Shown piece after piece: positions 61,640-64,000 of a stretch of 64,000 nucleotides of DNA. The position numbers were made by a program, and so were the translations under genes. Where the stretch lies: contig OZ024745.1 in assembly GCA_964016885.1 (NCBI GenBank), positions 6,572,001-6,636,000 of the forward strand, read 5' to 3'. Each line of letters begins with the position of its first letter. Position 1 is the stretch's first letter. Origin of the DNA: Eledone cirrhosa (taxonomy: Eukaryota). Under the pieces are notes generated by a model. The model saw nothing but the letters and a program-made list of their open reading frames with translations, was not told where the DNA came from and did no database searches.

Positions 61640-62560
61640 AAAGGACTCAATCCTCATAAAAAGAGTAATTTTTCAGGGAGACTCCTTATCCCTACAATTC
61701 TTGTCTCACTCTGTTCACAAATTGGTTGACTCCACCCCCTCTATATGGTTGCTTGAAAACCACAGACAAGAGGAACTTCTAGCTGGAGAAACTGATAAAA
61801 ACTCTGTACTATGGTACAGATGAATATTCCGACTCTTCTCTAATTTCATTTAAACGCCAAAGTCGGGGTTTGACATAGATTAATTTGGATTTTAACTTAG
61901 ATTCAATTAGGTTTCATCTTTCAGAGTCAGTTAGATTAAGTTATATATTTTGACATAAAACAAGAGAATTTGGCACAAATAACTCCTAGAAATAGTTGGA
62001 AGCAGATGAAACTGATAAGATACAACACAGAGAAACAGAACATTAGAATAGCAAAGACAGCCATACTAATATTAAACTGTTAAAAATATGATTATAGATA
62101 TATATATACAAGTGAACCTAGTCGTAAACTACAGCTTCTGGAGATTAAATCGGGCGTTAAGTAAATTGAATAATGTATATAATAAAAGCAGCAAATGACT
62201 CCATGATACTATGAAAGAAAGAGAAAGAAGTGTGATACACATGAGAAACCAGTAAAGCTAGAGTAATTAGTACAATAAGGCAACATGAAACAATAAAAAT
62301 GTTCTCTTTATATAAGGACACAATAACACAGAAAGTAGAAGCTACGAGAGGGGAAAGGTTTAGAACAAATGTACAGAAAACATATAAAGAAGATAATATC
62401 AGCGAGGAAATCAAAAGCGTACAAAAGGAAAACGAACCGAATAACTTCTTTATAGGCAGAATTGGTAGAAGAGTTGGTAAAACCACAATTTCAAATATGT
62501 GGACTAAAAGCAGAAGTGGGAGGTTTGAACAAGACCAATGCCATAAGAAACGACAGAATT
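61640..62560 (+). mobile_element. Highly decayed non-LTR retrotransposon RT/post-RT region, Dong/R4-like
   Basis: Manual translation gives collinear motifs: IKRVIFQGDSLS (61656-61691; RT QG..LSP motif), LYM(V..)LKT (61739-61760; decayed LYMDDLK), LEKLIKT, S*K*LEADETDKIQH (61984-62028; decayed YKYLG..E...IQH), VVNYSF (62121-62138), GLKAEVGGL..QDQC (62501-62541). Many stops and frameshifts. Clade assigned from recalled R4/Dong motifs. Confidence 0.72.
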
Positions 62561-62800
62561 AATGAAATTAAACTAGAGGTGAACTGGGGACCGGAATATA
62601 TCAAGTCATAAACCAGGCTTCCACATATAACCTGAAAGTTGTATGCGTGTAGGGTCCTCACAAGGAAGTCGTAGAGGCTTCGTGGCGGGATATGAGGCGT
62701 TTTGGGGGCATTGTTAGATCTGGGGCAGCCCACCTTCTCTTCAGGTCGAAATACAGCAGATTTATTTCAGAGAATAATAGAGAGTGAGAAATATAGAGGT

Positions 62801-62945
62801 AGAATCAATCCCGGTACTCGACTGATATTTATTTTATCGACCTCAAATGAATGAAGGGAAAAGTTGACCTCAATAGGATTTGAACTCAGAGAGCCGAAAC
62901 AACAAAAATCATTCTATCTGACGTTATAAAGACTCAAGACGCCGT
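62801..62945 (-). mobile_element. tRNA-derived SINE head remnant (same family as 61178-61470)
   Basis: Minus strand reads TCTGAGTTCAAATCCTATTGAGGTCAACTTTTCCCTTCATTCATTTGAGGTCGATAAAATAAATATCAGTCGAGTACCGGG, with a B-box-like motif at 62876-62886. Collinear with 61341-61412. Confidence 0.72.
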
Positions 62946-62996
62946 CTTCAGCAAGTATTGACTAAGTTCGGTACGTGGGAGAATTTGATGTTACGT

Positions 62997-63772
62997 GATA
63001 TATATTTCTATTTATTTGCCACCAGGGCATCAAAGATTGGGACAAATACAAAGGGGGAAGTTTACATACATTTAAAAAGACGTGTAAAAAAACATATAAC
63101 AAATTAAATTTAACAATCGATGTCCTCAATAGGGAGGGGCGTTGATATGGGTCGCACACACCCCCGAAAAAATGTGCAACCCTCCTCTTCAGGAGCACAA
63201 AGAGCGGGTGCTTCCTTCCTCTTCTCATTCTTCTCCTCTCTCACCTACAGGCTGATATAGAGAGAAGGCCCATTCACTCGGGCCATTCTCGCTACTTTCA
63301 CCCATCTTTCATAAAATTTGCTGGGGTAGAGCACCTCTCTCTCCATTCTGATCCTTCTTCTAAAGTGGTACTTGAAAAACAAGACCAGTTGTTGGCCGGA
63401 GAGAAAGGTGTCTGACCTCAGCCCTTTCAACCTTGTCCACCATACAATTTCTTTCGCCATGGCTATCACACAGAGGAAAACCGCCTCTCCTTCGTTTTTG
63501 AAAGGGGGAGGCGGTTTGATCGTGACAATGTTCTCGGTGGTCAACCGGATTGGTCCCACCCGCGACAGTAGTCGTTCGACATAGCCCCACAGGTCAGCAA
63601 CGCCCGGGCAGTGTACGAATGCGTGTGCGACGGTTTCCTCGTCACGCACGCATCTTGGACAGATCTTCTTCGAGGGGTCCCTCCCCGGGCGCCCGTGTCT
63701 GTAGAGCTTGTCCCGAACGGGTAGAGCTCCTCGGTAATATTGCCAGCCCAGGGACTTTTGGAAGTTGTCCAT
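62997..63772 (-). mobile_element. 5'-truncated L1/Tx1-clade LINE: ORF2 C-terminus, ~245-bp 3'UTR, AATAAA and short A/T-rich tail
   Basis: GC-richer segment with an open C-terminal reading frame, a pyrimidine-rich 3'UTR on the minus strand, and a poly(A) signal at 63011-63016 followed by TAGAAATATATAT. Confidence 0.85.
63245..63772 (-). pseudogene. LINE ORF2 C-terminal fragment (zf-RVT-like CCHC zinc knuckle), 175 aa
   Basis: MDNFQKSLGWQYYRGALPVRDKL...CPRC-VRDEETVA-H-AFVH-C...LW...IVWWTR. The CX2CX8HX4C motif (63608-63661) with upstream W..ALP and downstream IW..R is typical of L1-clade ORF2. The first 17 aa of the listed 192-aa ORF derive from the adjacent minisatellite. Confidence 0.85.
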
Positions 63773-64000
63773 CGTGGGGGGTGTAGTGTGGTCAATAGCT
63801 AGTGGGGGGTGTAGTGTGGTCAATAGCTAGATCGTGAGGAGTGGGAGGTGTAGTATGGTCAATAGCAAGACCATGGGGAGGGGGGTGTAGTGTGGTCAAT
63901 AGCTAGACCATGGGGAGTGAGGGGTGTAGTGTGGTCAATAGCTAGATCATGGGAAGTGGGGAGGGGTGTAGTGTGGTCAATAGTTAGACCATGGGGAGTG
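63771..64000 (+). repeat. Second G-rich minisatellite, 28-42 bp units, core GGTGTAGTGTGGTCAATAGCTAG plus variable ACCATGGGGAGTG-type linker; runs off the window end
   Basis: Core TGTAGT starts at 63782, 63810, 63849, 63886, 63925 and 63967 (periods 28, 39, 37, 39, 42). Confidence 0.95.

Noticed and set aside
60968-62733. Short ORFs 60968..61186, 61179..61472, 62157..62486, 62299..62562 and 62491..62733 as genes
   Set aside because: No recognisable domains. Most overlap SINE or decayed LINE sequence, and the hydrophobic 109-aa ORF is just the antisense of an A-rich strand.
60940-62890. tRNA genes at the GTTCAAA B-box motifs
   Set aside because: No cloverleaf or acceptor stem could be formed, and the motifs are followed by shared SINE body sequence.
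62725-62960. Hammerhead ribozyme (minus-strand CTGAAGA at ~62748-62754 and ~62945-62951) of a Penelope-like element
   Set aside because: No GAAA core and closing stems at suitable spacing on the same strand. An Infernal search with the Rfam hammerhead models would settle it.
62962-63795. ORFs 62962..63228, 63360..63590, 63372..63584, 63541..63795 and 63550..63786
   Set aside because: These are alternative-frame or antisense shadows of the LINE ORF2 fragment and its 3'UTR.

Overview
Eukaryotic (animal) non-genic DNA. About 95% of the window (1 to ~60,903, open at the left edge) is one uninterrupted, single-orientation G-rich tandem array of a 26-bp unit (consensus GGGTGTCTGGAGGGTGAGACATAGTA, roughly 2,300 units). 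It is built from a small alphabet of variant units and organised into nested higher-order repeats (126 bp, ~1.3-1.5 kb, ~2.1-2.2 kb, ~2.85 kb, ~3.3-3.7 kb, ~5.4 kb). All long minus-strand ORFs in the array are by-products of the stop-free C-rich strand, not genes. The last ~3.1 kb is a retroelement graveyard: three tRNA-derived SINE remnants, a 36-bp x3 repeat, a heavily decayed Dong/R4-like LINE RT region that the ORF track misses, a still-open 3' fragment of an L1/Tx1-clade LINE (CCHC zinc knuckle, 3'UTR, AATAAA), and the start of a second G-rich minisatellite. The SINE and LINE types resemble, from memory, Octopus (cephalopod) repeats; this is inference, not a database result. I found no host gene, no CRISPR and no convincing novel protein-coding system. 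The most interesting signals concern satellite architecture and a possible SINE-linked origin of the tandem repeats.
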